Of a stretch of 64,000 bases of DNA, positions 54,501 to 63,128 are shown one piece after another (positions within the stretch are counted from its first letter, which is position 1; each line of letters opens with the position of its first letter). Under the pieces are notes generated by a model that did not search any database, was not told the DNA's origin, and was given only the letters and a program-made list of their open reading frames with translations. Made by a program: the position numbers and the translations under genes. The DNA is from Callorhinchus milii (taxonomy: Eukaryota), in contig NW_024704743.1 in assembly GCF_018977255.1 (NCBI RefSeq), forward strand, positions 78,556,001 through 78,620,000, written 5' to 3'.

Positions 54501-57500
54501 ATATGTGGCTGAATGGAGGAAAGAGAAAACCTACAATAGTGTGCACAGAGATATTACATAACAAATTACTCACTGTGATTTCATGAACAGATGAGAGGAT
54601 TGAGTCAAATTTGCTAGATACAAATGTCTAGCATTCAGGCACAGATGTGTTCGAAGTATCTTCTTTCTCTCTGGGTATGAAACTCCAGAGAATGCACATT
54701 CTTCAGCACCAAGGAATGGATTTAAAGCGGACAACTTAATTTACCGCATCTTCCCAGTAATTTTTTTTAATGAATCATACCTCATGTAGCAATGTCTGTC
54801 CAAGGCCATCTCTCATGTTGATTTGGGCTCCCTTTTTTAATAAAGTATCTACTAGTTCCAGATTTACCTACAAAAACATTATTGAATCAAATAGACAAAT
54901 TACAAAATGTATTACCATCACTGACAAAGAGAAATAGAATTCAGTAGAAAAGGAACTAGAGTAAGATTAGTATTGAGTCTCTTACAAAAGTTGCCTGGTG
55001 GAATTCAGGCTACTCTTGAAGGGATAATCTCTCGATACTTAGAGGTGGAAGGTGGATTGGGAGAGGAGAATTCTTTTCGGAACGAACTGGATGGCATCTG
55101 GGCCATTTTCTGCTCTTTCCTTTCTAAACATTTAGGGTTTGCTACACATTATCAGGCCTAAAATAGGGATAGTAGACAGAGTATTAGAAGCATTTGTGAG
55201 AAAAATGGGTGGGCGTGGCAGGACAGATGGGCGGGAGGGTTGTAAGTGAATCATGTTGAAAAATATTAGCTTGATGAGTTTACAGATTATTTTTATGCTG
55301 TAACATTCTTTGATTCTACTGAATAGAAATTATGCATTATAGGCTATATAAAACATTTGCCTCTAGAGGGTGCATTTAGGGAGCAACTGCAAAGCATAAA
55401 GCATGGAAACAAAAGCATATTTAGAGCATTGATATGAATATCTTTATAGATAATATTTAAAATCATTACAGTAAAAAAGTGTTCTTAAATTGAAGTGTTA
55501 ATAGAATCTATGATGAATATTTTTAATTCGACAACTGATTACCAATTAAGCAACTATCATAACTAATTTTGTTTTTTTATTTATCATACCTGTCCTTTTT
55601 GACGATCAAGACTTGAAACGCTAAGAAAATGCTTTGCTAAGGCTTCATTGAGTAAAGCCACCTCTTCATCCCGTTCAGTTAATTGGTCTACATCAAAGTT
55701 TTGCGTATCACCAATTGTACTCCATTGAAATCCTAAATATATTACAGATATAGATTCAGGAGCTGTAGGAAAAATAAGTTAGAATATCAATGTAAACTAG
55801 TATTGTATTATATTGAAGAGTTGCAAGACTCAAGCCATACACACTACCATTTAAACATGGTGAACAATTTCAGTCCTGATTGTTGTTATTGCTTGATAAT
55901 TGGCATAACTATGTTGTTTTGCATGCAAGAAACATCCGTGCCATGTTTCGTTCTGCCTTCAGCCTTTCCGCCCCTACAGTTTGGAACTCCATCCTGGAGC
56001 CCCCAGCTCGCCTCCTTCAAGACCCCTCTCAAGACCCTCCTCTTTGACCATGCCTTCAAGACCCTTCCCCCTCCAACTCCCAGCTTGGGTGCGAACCATC
56101 ACTGTACAGTGCCTTGGAACATCCCCCGACGTGAAACACACTATACAAATGCAATTTGTTGTTGTTGTTATTAATGTATCCTGCATTTTGAAAATATACT
56201 TGAATATGTTGAAGCTAGAATAGGAGATTCCAGGATCTCATGCCTTAATCTCTTCTGCCTTCTCTACAGATGAATAAATCTGCTGCAGGTGGGTTGCAGC
56301 AACCAAGGTGTCCTTAGAGAAGGGTGACTTGGTAGGCTTATATGGTCATTTATTTTAAAATCAGATTTCTCCCTGGACCACAAAATTAAAAAATCAAAAA
56401 ACATACGTGCATATTTTAGTACTGGTGAAGTGGCCCATCCAAAACAGGCTATAGGGAAGAGTGGGATCTACTTAGGACCATCCTACCTGTTAGGACTTTG
56501 GCTTACAGAGTTAACAGGAGCTGAGAGGAAAGAATCCCTATCTCCAATAACTGATCTTCCCTTCCAAGTCCTACAGATGAGCCAGGCTGGCTGATCTGTT
56601 ATCAGTAGGGCCCTGGTGTATTGCGAATCCGCCTGACTCAGGAATCGGACTACCATAACCACCACAGAGGGATGGCTTGATTCTAACATTCCATTGCCAA
56701 ATTGGAGCCAGTTCAGCTCCAGGTAGACCCCATGTACCTCAGTCCCAAGGAGAAGAGACTATGCTCCAAAGGTGATTGAATCAGAGCACAGTTGACACAA
56801 GTTAATATGATATACTTCTGATTTCCTTATTAAAGAATCATATTCAATATCTCTCAGTCAATTCCATATAAAGGAATCCAGTTAAAAACCTCAATATAGA
56901 TACATTTACACATCTGAAACTAAAAATAATTCATTTTTTTCAGACACATTCTGGAAAACTGAGAAAGATATGAACTACATAATTCACTGGTAATTGAATT
57001 ATTAGCAGTTGATGGTCACTCAACTCCCTCTTCTCTCCCCACTGCTGGCTGACACAGTCAACCATTCTCTCTCCTCAAGCTCTGTTCCACTCCCACTGAA
57101 AACTGCTGTCATCACACCCCTCCTCAAAAAACCCACCCTCGATCCCTCTAATCTCGCACACTACCGTCCCATCTCCAGCCTACCCTTCCTTGCCAAAGTC
57201 CTGAAACGCATTGTTGCAAATCAACTTCGGGACACACCTCTCCCTCCACTCTCTCCTTGAACCCCTGCAGTCTGGTTTTCGCCCTGCCCACAGCACAGAG
57301 ACAGCACTTGTCAAAGTCACAAACAACATTCTCTCTACCTGTGACCAGGGCTCCCTCTGCCTCCTCATCCTCCTGGATCTCTCTGCTGCGTTCGACACAG
57401 TCTACCAAACCATCCTCCTCCATCGGCCCTCCTCCCTCATCTGTCTTAGTGGGACCGCACTCGCATGGTTCAACTCCTACATAACTTGATCTAAACTCCT

Positions 57501-60500
57501 CAACCTCCCTGGGCTCCCCATCAGACTCACAAAACTAGTGTGCAACCTAAGCATCCAGTTCGACCCCCAACTGTCCTTCCTCCCCCATATCCGGTCCCTG
57601 ACTAGGATCGCTTTCCTCCACCTCCATCATATTGCCCGCCTCCGACCATACCTTACCCCAAATGCAGCCGAAACCCTCGCACATACGTTTGTTACCTCTC
57701 GCTAGGATTACGTCAACGCACTCCTCGCTAGTCTCCCCAGCTCCACCATTCACAAGATCCAGCTCATTCAAAACTCTGCCGCCCGCATACTGACTAAACT
57801 AAACTCTATATCCACATCTCACCAATTCTGACCAGGCTCCACTTGTTCTCCATCACCAAACGGACTTTAATATCCTCACACATGTTCAAATCCATTCACT
57901 TCCTGGCACCTCCTTACCTCTCCAACCTCCTCACTCCCCAATCCACCACCCGGCGCTCCGCTCGACTGGCACTGGCCTCCTGCTTGTCCCTCGCACCCTC
58001 CGCTCCACCCTCCAGGGTCGTGCTTTCAGTCACTACACCCCAAAACTCCGGAACACTATCCTTCAATCCCTTCACCTTGCCCCCTCTCTCCCCTCTTTCA
58101 AGTTCCGCCTAAAGACCTTTCTGTTCAACCATACTTAAGGCCATCTCCCCCCTCACCCCGCCACTGTTAAGCATTCTGAGACATTATCCAGCATGGAGGG
58201 CGCTATATAAGCGCAAGTTGTTGTTGCAATTAGATAACTACTCTAAAGAGTAAGAATCTGTTCTCATTGGAGTTTTACTTACGTATTATAATGCTGTCTG
58301 TATGTCTCTCTAACTTCTGCATACTTTCATAAGACAATCTTGCTTGATTGGGTAGTTTCTTAGAGAGAAAGGATTCATTTTGCACTCTTTTTGGAAAAGC
58401 ATCCTTTAAAAACAAGATTTCAAATTTTAAAGTGATCTAGTAGGTGTTCCTGCAAAAATATAAATGACCATATTCCTGCATAACATACTTCACAACCTAC
58501 TCTGATCTGCATCATTTTCCTTTTGCTATTGTATTATTTTCCATAAAGAAGAAACTGCAGGATACACGACAATAAAACTTGCACAAGTCTTATCTTTATA
58601 AATTGTATAATCGCCTAAGTCATATATTCACCCAAGTCCCGTTGAGTTTCCTATCAAAACCAATTAGATCTTAAGTAATACAAGTAGTATGAAGAAATCT
58701 AACTTGTAACGCTGCTCCCCTAACCTCCATTAGTCCCACGCTTACTGGAGGCCTTGAAACATGTCATGGAAATTAAGTCCTTACCCATTGATGCGCCCTT
58801 ACCACCGATTGCATTGGATCTTGTGAAAAGTAGTCTTAACCCGTCACTGCATACTTACATACTGGCTGTATTAAATCACACATCCGCATTGTAGATTATT
58901 GATTAAATCGGATTTTCTATGACTTCTATAGTTTGCCTGCAACTCGGACTTCACATAAGACATATTAAATGTTATGGTCCTGACCGATTGTACGTTATGC
59001 ACCAGCATTCCAGATAAACTTTTACCTTTCTAACCCCCAAAATATACACATGAAGCCATGGCCAGTGGGACATTAAAAGACTGATAATGCTTCCACAATT
59101 TTAGTCGAGGTATCAGCCTGGCTCAGTTGATACCACTTTCGTCTCTGCATCAGAAGGTTTTGTATTCAACGTGAAGACGTTGGGCTCATAGTCTGGGGTG
59201 TTATTCAAGTGCAGTGGTGGGAGAGCGCTGCATTGTCTATGGCCATCTTTTGGATAAGATGTTAAATCTGCCCGTTTAGGTGCAATCAAAGATTTTTTAT
59301 TTGAAAACTGAAGGGAGTTCCTTCCGGTGTCCTGGCCAATAATCCCCGAGATAGAATTGGTCATTCACTTCAGGGCTATTTGTACAACATTGCTCTGCAC
59401 AAATTGGCTGCCACATATGCCTACAAATACATAACTACAACTCTTTACAGTAAATCTGGTGAAGCACTCTAACACATTTTGACAATCTGAAAAGAGTCTG
59501 TATCAAATGCAAGGAATTTTTATTATATTAGTATTTTAATAACATTCATCTTATTTAGGTAGTTTATACACAGTATAGTTATATAATAAATCAATTATAT
59601 TAAATAAAAGGATTATAAAGGGATTTGAGGTTACTTATGACAATATAATGCTACTTTTAATGTTTATATGCTGGCAGCTTGCTTGGATCTATTGGGAAAC
59701 TGAATCATTGAGCTTCACTGGGGAAATCTAGAAGGTAGGCCAAGTACTGTAGAAGTAGGTAGAACTGGCCATTGTGCAGCCTTATAGGATATTGGCAGGG
59801 CAAATGCTAGTGAATGCCAAGATGAGAAAGTCTAGTTTATCTGCAGCTGACCAACACCACGTTCTTTGATTTAGGCTCTGGAGTGAGTTTGGTTAGGAAT
59901 TGTCAAGTGTGTAAATGCACTATCATTATAAAATACAATTTACATTTTTATTGCGCCTTTCATGTCGGGAGGACATCTCAAAGTTCAACAATGCTGGTTG
60001 GGCACCTGAGCTAGGGGTGAGAATCGAAGGGGTGGAGAGCAGAAAGATGACTGAAAACACAGTCAAAAAAGTATGTTTTGAGACAGACCTTAATAATCTG
60101 ATATGACCTTGTCAAGACGTCTCAAAGTGCTTCACAAGATATACTGGATTCACTATGTACTTAGTGGACCAAACGTGGTAGATAATTTGCACATAGCAGT
60201 GTCCCACAAACAGCCATGGAGTAAGTGACCAATTTTATTTGGGGGATTTGGGAAACCCCCCACTTCTCTTTTTGAATAGTGCCATGGGATCATTAATGTC
60301 TACCTGAACAGGCAGACTGGTTCTCGGTTTAACGTCTCACCTGAAGGATGGCATCACCAATAATACAACACACACCAGGAATGCATTCCTAGATCCTCCT
60401 CTTCGACAACCTTGCTCCTCCCTACCTCTGTGAACTTCCTAACCCCCTACCAACCTATCCCCTCCCTCGCTCAGCAGGCTCCGTCCTGCTTCACGGTCCC

Positions 60501-62734
60501 CAACTTGCCCATCCCACCCTTAGCCTTCAGCCTCTCTGCTCCGACCCTCTGGAACTCCATCCCACAGATCCTCTGCCTCGCCCCCTCCCTTGCCTCATTT
60601 AAGACCCATCTCAAGACCCTCCTCTTCGACCATGCCTTCAGTCACCCTTCTACCCCTACCCTCCCCACCCCTCCTGATCTCAGGTGCATATTCCCGACTA
60701 TCCAGCGCCTTGGGCCGTCCTCCTGACATGAAAGGCACTATACAAATGTAATTAGTTGTTGTTGTTGCATTGGAATGTCAGCTTGTGGGTCATTCCAAGT
60801 CCCAATGTGGGGCTCAAACCCACAGCCTTATGACTCTGACTCAAACTGCACACTGAATCAGGCTGTGAAGATTTCACATTTATCTTCAACTAGAGAATTC
60901 ACCCATCAGAGATGAAGCACTGGAAATCTTACCATGATCAGTGAAGATAGCTTTTTGTCAACAGATTTAGGTTTCTCAAATTATTTTAAACCTGGGGCAA
61001 CCCTACATGATGCAGTGATTTGTTTCCATAAACTCAGACAGCAAAGTATGTCTAGAAAATGACCACTTTCCAAGTCATCAGGTCAGCACTGATGTAACTT
61101 CCTGCACATTGTCCAAATCCACAGAAAGAGTTGCTAATATCAAGAGTTGCTGGAGTCCTGTAGCTCAGTGGTTAAAGCACTTGCCTCGCAAGCGAGAGAC
61201 CTGAGTTCAAATCCCGGCAGGGCAAAACCTTGGACAAGTTTCGTTACTCCACACGCCTGATAATAATCTCTCAAGAAAAAAAAAAGAAAAAAAAGAATAA
61301 TTTGGTCACTCAATCCACGACTGTTTGTGGGACACTGCTGTGCGCAAATGGCTGCTGCGTTTCGCCCACAAATACGTCAATTCACTTTACAGTATATTCT
61401 GTGAAGCGCTTTGAGATGTCTCAAGCACTATATCAAAGTCAAAGATTATTTATAGTATTATTATCACTTCCTTTGTGAAGTGACTTCAGCAGTGCTTTCT
61501 GCATGCATGGAAGCTATGTTCGTGGGGTTTCCTGTGTAAAGTTCAACGTACAGAAAGAGATGTCAGAGGTGAGCTCTGACCTGTTGACCCAGAAGGTGGC
61601 CCTTTTTTAGCCCAGGAATCCAGCGAATCATCGCCTGAAGAACCAGGCTTCCGGTATACCAAAAGTCCACATTTCTGCAAGTGGACCTGTACTTAACTGA
61701 GGTTTAGCGACGTAATAACACCCTCAATTGAGTTCTTGCCAATACTTTGCTCTCCTAAAGTCATACTTTTTGTTTGAAGTCGTCAACACCATTTCAAGGC
61801 CAACTCTAAAATGGTCAATGCTGCCTAAGTGTGCACCCACATTGAGGTCATACAATTAATCCAGTTGGCTTGGATACTGACAAATTTGAAAGTAGTGAGG
61901 TTTATTCCCTCTCCTCCAACCTACTGCACTCCATGTTGCCCCAAAATGACCCAATCTTGCATAAAGCCATCCATAAATCCAAACATGTTCAAGACTCCAC
62001 ATAGTTGACATCTTAAATCTCGTTGGGATGAACCTGCAAAAAAGGGGGTTGATGCCTTTCCTTTAAATAATAATCCTTGCATTTGATATCGCATTATCAA
62101 CATGTTGGGAAAGCACCTCACAGGATTTTACTGTAGTCAAGCAGTGGCGGCCAACCTTTTTGGTTGGCCTACAAAATAATCAAAGAAATAACAAAACCAG
62201 CAATAGATTTACACTGTGAATCAAGAAATATTCAATCCAGAAACATTATATCTTGTCGGCCAACCAAAGTGGTTGGGCACCACTGCTGCAGAGCGTAATG
62301 GCGGCCAACATGGCAGCCAATACACACACAAAAGAAAACTCACCCACAGAGCCACCGCACTTCAACGGCGGTTCCCGTGAAGCACTCCGAGACATCCTCC
62401 CGACGTGAAAGGCGCTACATCAAGTAATAATAATAATCCTTGTATTTGATGCAGCGCCATATTCATGTTGTTGAGGCGTCTCAAAGCATTTCACTGCAAA
62501 GTGGAGTGACTGTGTATTTTGTCGGCGAAAGGATGTGGGGATTATCATTTACCATAAGGATGGTCCTTTGGTACAGAACCCCCCACAAGGCGCGGCAGCT
62601 TCACCTGAGACTATATCAGCGCATAGTCCCAGCCTGAGGCTTGAACCCACAACCTTTTGACTCGCGTGACAATATTTTTTAAAACAAAAAAACCCTCCCC
62701 GTGCACATCCACCAAACCTCACCTTGACCGGCAT
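18534..62734 (-). CDS. Spliced gene model: ankyrin-repeat TRP-type cation channel of non-canonical subfamily (~798-823 aa depending on last exon)
   Basis: 19 core exons (62723-62734, 58283-58403, 55590-55732, 54781-54867, 53203-53353, 48253-48414, 47063-47172, 43349-43442, 40569-40594, 39185-39276, 38258-38366, 36080-36250, 33472-33542, 33147-33317, 32587-32705, 30936-31140, 29918-30122, 28629-28747, 22623-22783) join through GT-AG introns with matching phases and no stop (2329 nt). They encode ankyrin repeats, pre-S1 HPVV..KWNKYG, six hydrophobic segments, a pore loop, S6 INLLIAML and TRP helix YMQRAIVL. The first and last exons are less certain. Confidence 0.92.
18650..20425 (+). mobile_element. 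5'-truncated CR1 LINE (RT and 3' UTR)
   Basis: [43 protein letters not shown]. Confidence 0.93.
20425..21165 (-). mobile_element. L2 LINE 3' fragment
   Basis: C-rich L2 3' region ending in GCGCTCTATAAATGCAATCTTGTTGTTG on - strand. Confidence 0.88.
21482..21500 (-). CDS. TRP channel candidate terminal exon B (RHNLLY*)
   Basis: gcttattcag acceptor in phase 2; AATAAA on - strand at 21221-21226. Confidence 0.35.
21647..21740 (-). CDS. TRP channel candidate penultimate exon ([31 protein letters not shown])
   Basis: tattccag acceptor, perfect AG|GTAAGT donor, 94 nt, phase 1->2, open. Confidence 0.55.
22353..22420 (-). CDS. TRP channel candidate terminal exon A ([22 protein letters not shown]); could instead be a 45-nt internal exon ending at 22376
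   Basis: ttcctctccag acceptor in phase 1; TAA at 22353-22355; weak internal donor CAG|GTCAAA. Confidence 0.45.
22623..22783 (-). CDS. TRP channel exon 19, probable C-terminal coiled coil ([25 protein letters not shown]...DSKK)
   Basis: ttctttcag acceptor; heptad-like pattern; 161 nt, phase 2->1. Confidence 0.8.
22795..23460 (-). mobile_element. L2 LINE 3' fragment abutting TRP exon 19 acceptor
   Basis: [15 protein letters not shown] motif and L2 tail. Confidence 0.88.
23510..27569 (+). mobile_element. Near-full-length decayed CR1 LINE (ORF1 zinc-finger/esterase-like; ORF2 endonuclease-RT with deletions)
   Basis: ORF1 starts 24152 [17 protein letters not shown] and has IVIGD and VVVHVG segments; endonuclease ETW, YRPP, LDLVL, SDHN; RT remnants; 3' end ...TATAATTCTATGAT; many frameshifts. 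Confidence 0.9.
23610..23850 (+). repeat. 19-bp minisatellite (GATGCCAGAGAGCAAGAGA), ~12.5 copies
   Basis: GCAA recurs every 19 nt from 23632 to 23841; GATGCC/GATACC variants. Confidence 0.97.
27805..27892 (+). repeat. GA-rich low-complexity/microsatellite tract
   Basis: Imperfect (GA)n. Confidence 0.8.
28629..28747 (-). CDS. TRP channel exon 18 ([15 protein letters not shown]...KRSTAM)
   Basis: tttcatattctag acceptor, AG|GTAATG donor; 119 nt, phase 0->2. Confidence 0.85.
29918..30122 (-). CDS. TRP channel exon 17, TRP helix ([20 protein letters not shown]...IKNAIFEIK)
   Basis: QRA TRP-helix motif; tttttccag acceptor, GTGAGT donor; 205 nt, phase 2->0. Confidence 0.94.
30245..30558 (+). mobile_element. 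tRNA-derived SINE, young short subtype
   Basis: Pol III A box TAGCTCAGTAG, B box GTTCAATTCC, Deu-like core GTTTGTGGGACATTGCTGTGCGCAATTGGCTGCC, L2-like tail, (TTA)n. Confidence 0.92.
30936..31140 (-). CDS. TRP channel exon 16, pore loop and S6 (...[14 protein letters not shown]...[13 protein letters not shown])
   Basis: NLLIAM S6 gate signature; GTAAGT donor; 205 nt, phase 1->2. Confidence 0.97.
31300..32100 (+). mobile_element. L2 LINE 3' fragment
   Basis: [34 protein letters not shown] tail. Confidence 0.92.
32587..32705 (-). CDS. TRP channel exon 15, S4-S5 linker and S5 ([21 protein letters not shown]...FSFYLIFG)
   Basis: GPF linker motif; GT-AG; 119 nt, phase 2->1. Confidence 0.95.
33147..33317 (-). 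CDS. TRP channel exon 14, S3-S4 ([23 protein letters not shown]...[13 protein letters not shown])
   Basis: Two hydrophobic segments; GTGAGT donor; 171 nt, phase 2->2. Confidence 0.94.
33472..33542 (-). CDS. TRP channel exon 13 ([24 protein letters not shown])
   Basis: ttatactag acceptor, TG|GTGAGT donor; 71 nt, phase 0->2; Y..D.W resembles the pre-S3 motif. Confidence 0.92.
33890..34370 (-). mobile_element. Old CR1 RT fragment
   Basis: Reverse strand resembles NYRPVSL / QHGF / DVVYMDF.KAFD segments. Confidence 0.65.
34372..34739 (-). mobile_element. tRNA-derived SINE, long subtype
   Basis: Full head, central block, core and tail on - strand. Confidence 0.88.
35100..35487 (-). mobile_element. 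L2 LINE 3' fragment
   Basis: L2 3' UTR and (TTG)n tail on - strand. Confidence 0.85.
36080..36250 (-). CDS. TRP channel exon 12, S2 plus basic S2-S3 insertion ([10 protein letters not shown]...[10 protein letters not shown])
   Basis: GT-AG (GTAAGA donor); 171 nt, phase 0->0. Confidence 0.93.
36374..36558. mobile_element. Degraded Tigger/pogo-like MITE
   Basis: CAGAGTGAAGCTCTGATAACTT versus AATTATCAGAGTTTAACTGTA inverted termini. Confidence 0.5.
38258..38366 (-). CDS. TRP channel exon 11, S1 ([37 protein letters not shown])
   Basis: Hydrophobic helix; GT-AG; 109 nt, phase 2->0. Confidence 0.93.
39185..39276 (-). CDS. TRP channel exon 10, pre-S1 ([30 protein letters not shown])
   Basis: HP.....L..KW..YG pre-S1 signature; GTAAGT donor; 92 nt, phase 0->2. 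Confidence 0.96.
40569..40594 (-). CDS. TRP channel exon 9, 26-nt micro-exon (EAKGSSKTV)
   Basis: Strong ttttacctacag acceptor and GTAAGT donor; bridges phase 1 to phase 0. Confidence 0.85.
41162..41510 (+). mobile_element. tRNA-derived SINE, long subtype
   Basis: Head, central block, core and tail. Confidence 0.85.
43349..43442 (-). CDS. TRP channel exon 8, linker ([31 protein letters not shown])
   Basis: ctcttcag acceptor, AAG|GTGGG donor, 94 nt, phase 0->1. Confidence 0.9.
43785..45600 (-). mobile_element. L2 LINE RT/3' fragment with an oppositely oriented nested L2 3' piece (~44290-44655, +)
   Basis: [24 protein letters not shown] on - strand; separate + strand L2 tail at ~44630-44655. 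Confidence 0.88.
47063..47172 (-). CDS. TRP channel exon 7 ([13 protein letters not shown]...LVSRIPPV)
   Basis: Ends an ankyrin repeat and starts the linker; GT-AG; 110 nt, phase 1->0. Confidence 0.93.
47755..48107 (-). mobile_element. tRNA-derived SINE, long subtype
   Basis: Head, central block, core and tail on - strand. Confidence 0.88.
48253..48414 (-). CDS. TRP channel exon 6, ankyrin ([20 protein letters not shown]...[10 protein letters not shown])
   Basis: Two TPxH motifs; GT-AG; 162 nt, phase 1->1. Confidence 0.96.
48925..49244 (-). mobile_element. tRNA-derived SINE, young short subtype
   Basis: Near-identical reverse complement of 30245-30558. Confidence 0.92.
49310..49705 (-). 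mobile_element. Older Deu-domain tRNA SINE
   Basis: Reverse-complement similarity to 13630-14035. Confidence 0.75.
50385..52240 (+). mobile_element. L2 LINE ORF2 fragment with 3' end
   Basis: [35 protein letters not shown]. Confidence 0.92.
53203..53353 (-). CDS. TRP channel exon 5, ankyrin ([35 protein letters not shown]...)
   Basis: Canonical GRTPLHVAA ankyrin motif; GT-AG; 151 nt, phase 0->1. Confidence 0.96.
53870..54320 (-). mobile_element. Old CR1 3' fragment
   Basis: [16 protein letters not shown]. Confidence 0.7.
54781..54867 (-). CDS. TRP channel exon 4, ankyrin ([29 protein letters not shown])
   Basis: Ankyrin consensus LL..GA.IN..D..GQT.LH; GT-AG; 87 nt, phase 0->0. Confidence 0.95.
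55590..55732 (-). CDS. TRP channel exon 3 ([11 protein letters not shown]...LDRQKGQ)
   Basis: atatttag acceptor, CAG|GTATGA donor, 143 nt, phase 1->0. Confidence 0.85.
57010..58226 (+). mobile_element. L2 LINE fragment with internal deletion
   Basis: [38 protein letters not shown] tail. Confidence 0.92.
58283..58403 (-). CDS. TRP channel exon 2 ([40 protein letters not shown])
   Basis: tttttaaag acceptor, GTAAGT donor, 121 nt, phase 0->1, open frame. Confidence 0.75.
59115..59525 (+). mobile_element. Older Deu-domain tRNA SINE
   Basis: Collinear similarity to 13630-14035. Confidence 0.78.
61152..61463 (+). mobile_element. tRNA-derived SINE, short subtype
   Basis: Same head, core and tail as 30245-30558. 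Confidence 0.9.
62142..62285. mobile_element. hAT/Charlie-like MITE (144 bp)
   Basis: Termini CAGTGGCGGCCAACC and GGTTGGGCACCACTG are imperfect inverted repeats extending ~35 bp; no clear 8-bp TSD. Confidence 0.7.
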
Positions 62735-63100
62735 GGCGGAGAGGCCGTGCCCGCGGGCCGGTGTCCCTGCGCGTTATCAGCCACCGAGACACGAGGCTGG
62801 CGCGCGAGGCCGCCCCGCCCATAACGGTCAGATTCAAACCCGGCGCCGCGTTCCGAGGGGGCGGTGGGAAAGGGGGCGGGACGAATGAGTGAGCGGCACC
62901 GGTCTAGACCAATGGGCGGTGGAGGCTGGTGAGCGCGCGCCGCATCCGGCAGATACGTCAGGACTCGCCCCGACCGTCGGCAAACCGTCGAGGCTTTGGT
63001 TGAATCAACGAAGCTGTTGCCGAGCAACAGACTACAACCAAACACTGCAGTCAACTATAAAGCACAACCGCGCTGCCCCCCCCACTCACCCCAAACCTAC
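62690..63100. promoter_or_regulatory. CpG-rich, probably bidirectional promoter
   Basis: The clearest CpG-dense stretch in the window; GC boxes (62811-62820, 62859-62864, 62874-62879), CCAAT 62909-62913, RFX X-box GTTGCCGAGCAAC 63016-63028, TATA 63056-63062; flanked by divergent start codons with splice donors. Confidence 0.8.
62723..62734 (-). CDS. TRP channel candidate exon 1 (MPVK)
   Basis: gccATG in CpG island, followed by donor AAG|GTGAGG; phase 0 fits the next exon. Confidence 0.6.
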
Positions 63101-63128
63101 ACTGCTGTGCTGCTCCACACTCACTAAC

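Noticed and set aside
18534..62734. Assigning TRPA1 or a TRPV gene symbol to the channel
   Set aside because: Ankyrin number, filter, S2-S3 insertion and TRP helix do not match a specific known ortholog; phylogeny is needed.
62909..63028. MHC class II-type S-X-Y module (X-box, CRE-like TACGTCA, CCAAT)
   Set aside because: X-to-Y spacing is about 100 bp, far from the tight canonical spacing.
62719..63054. 111-aa GC-rich ORF on - strand
   Set aside because: Typical CpG-island open frame over promoter/5' UTR with no recognisable protein features.
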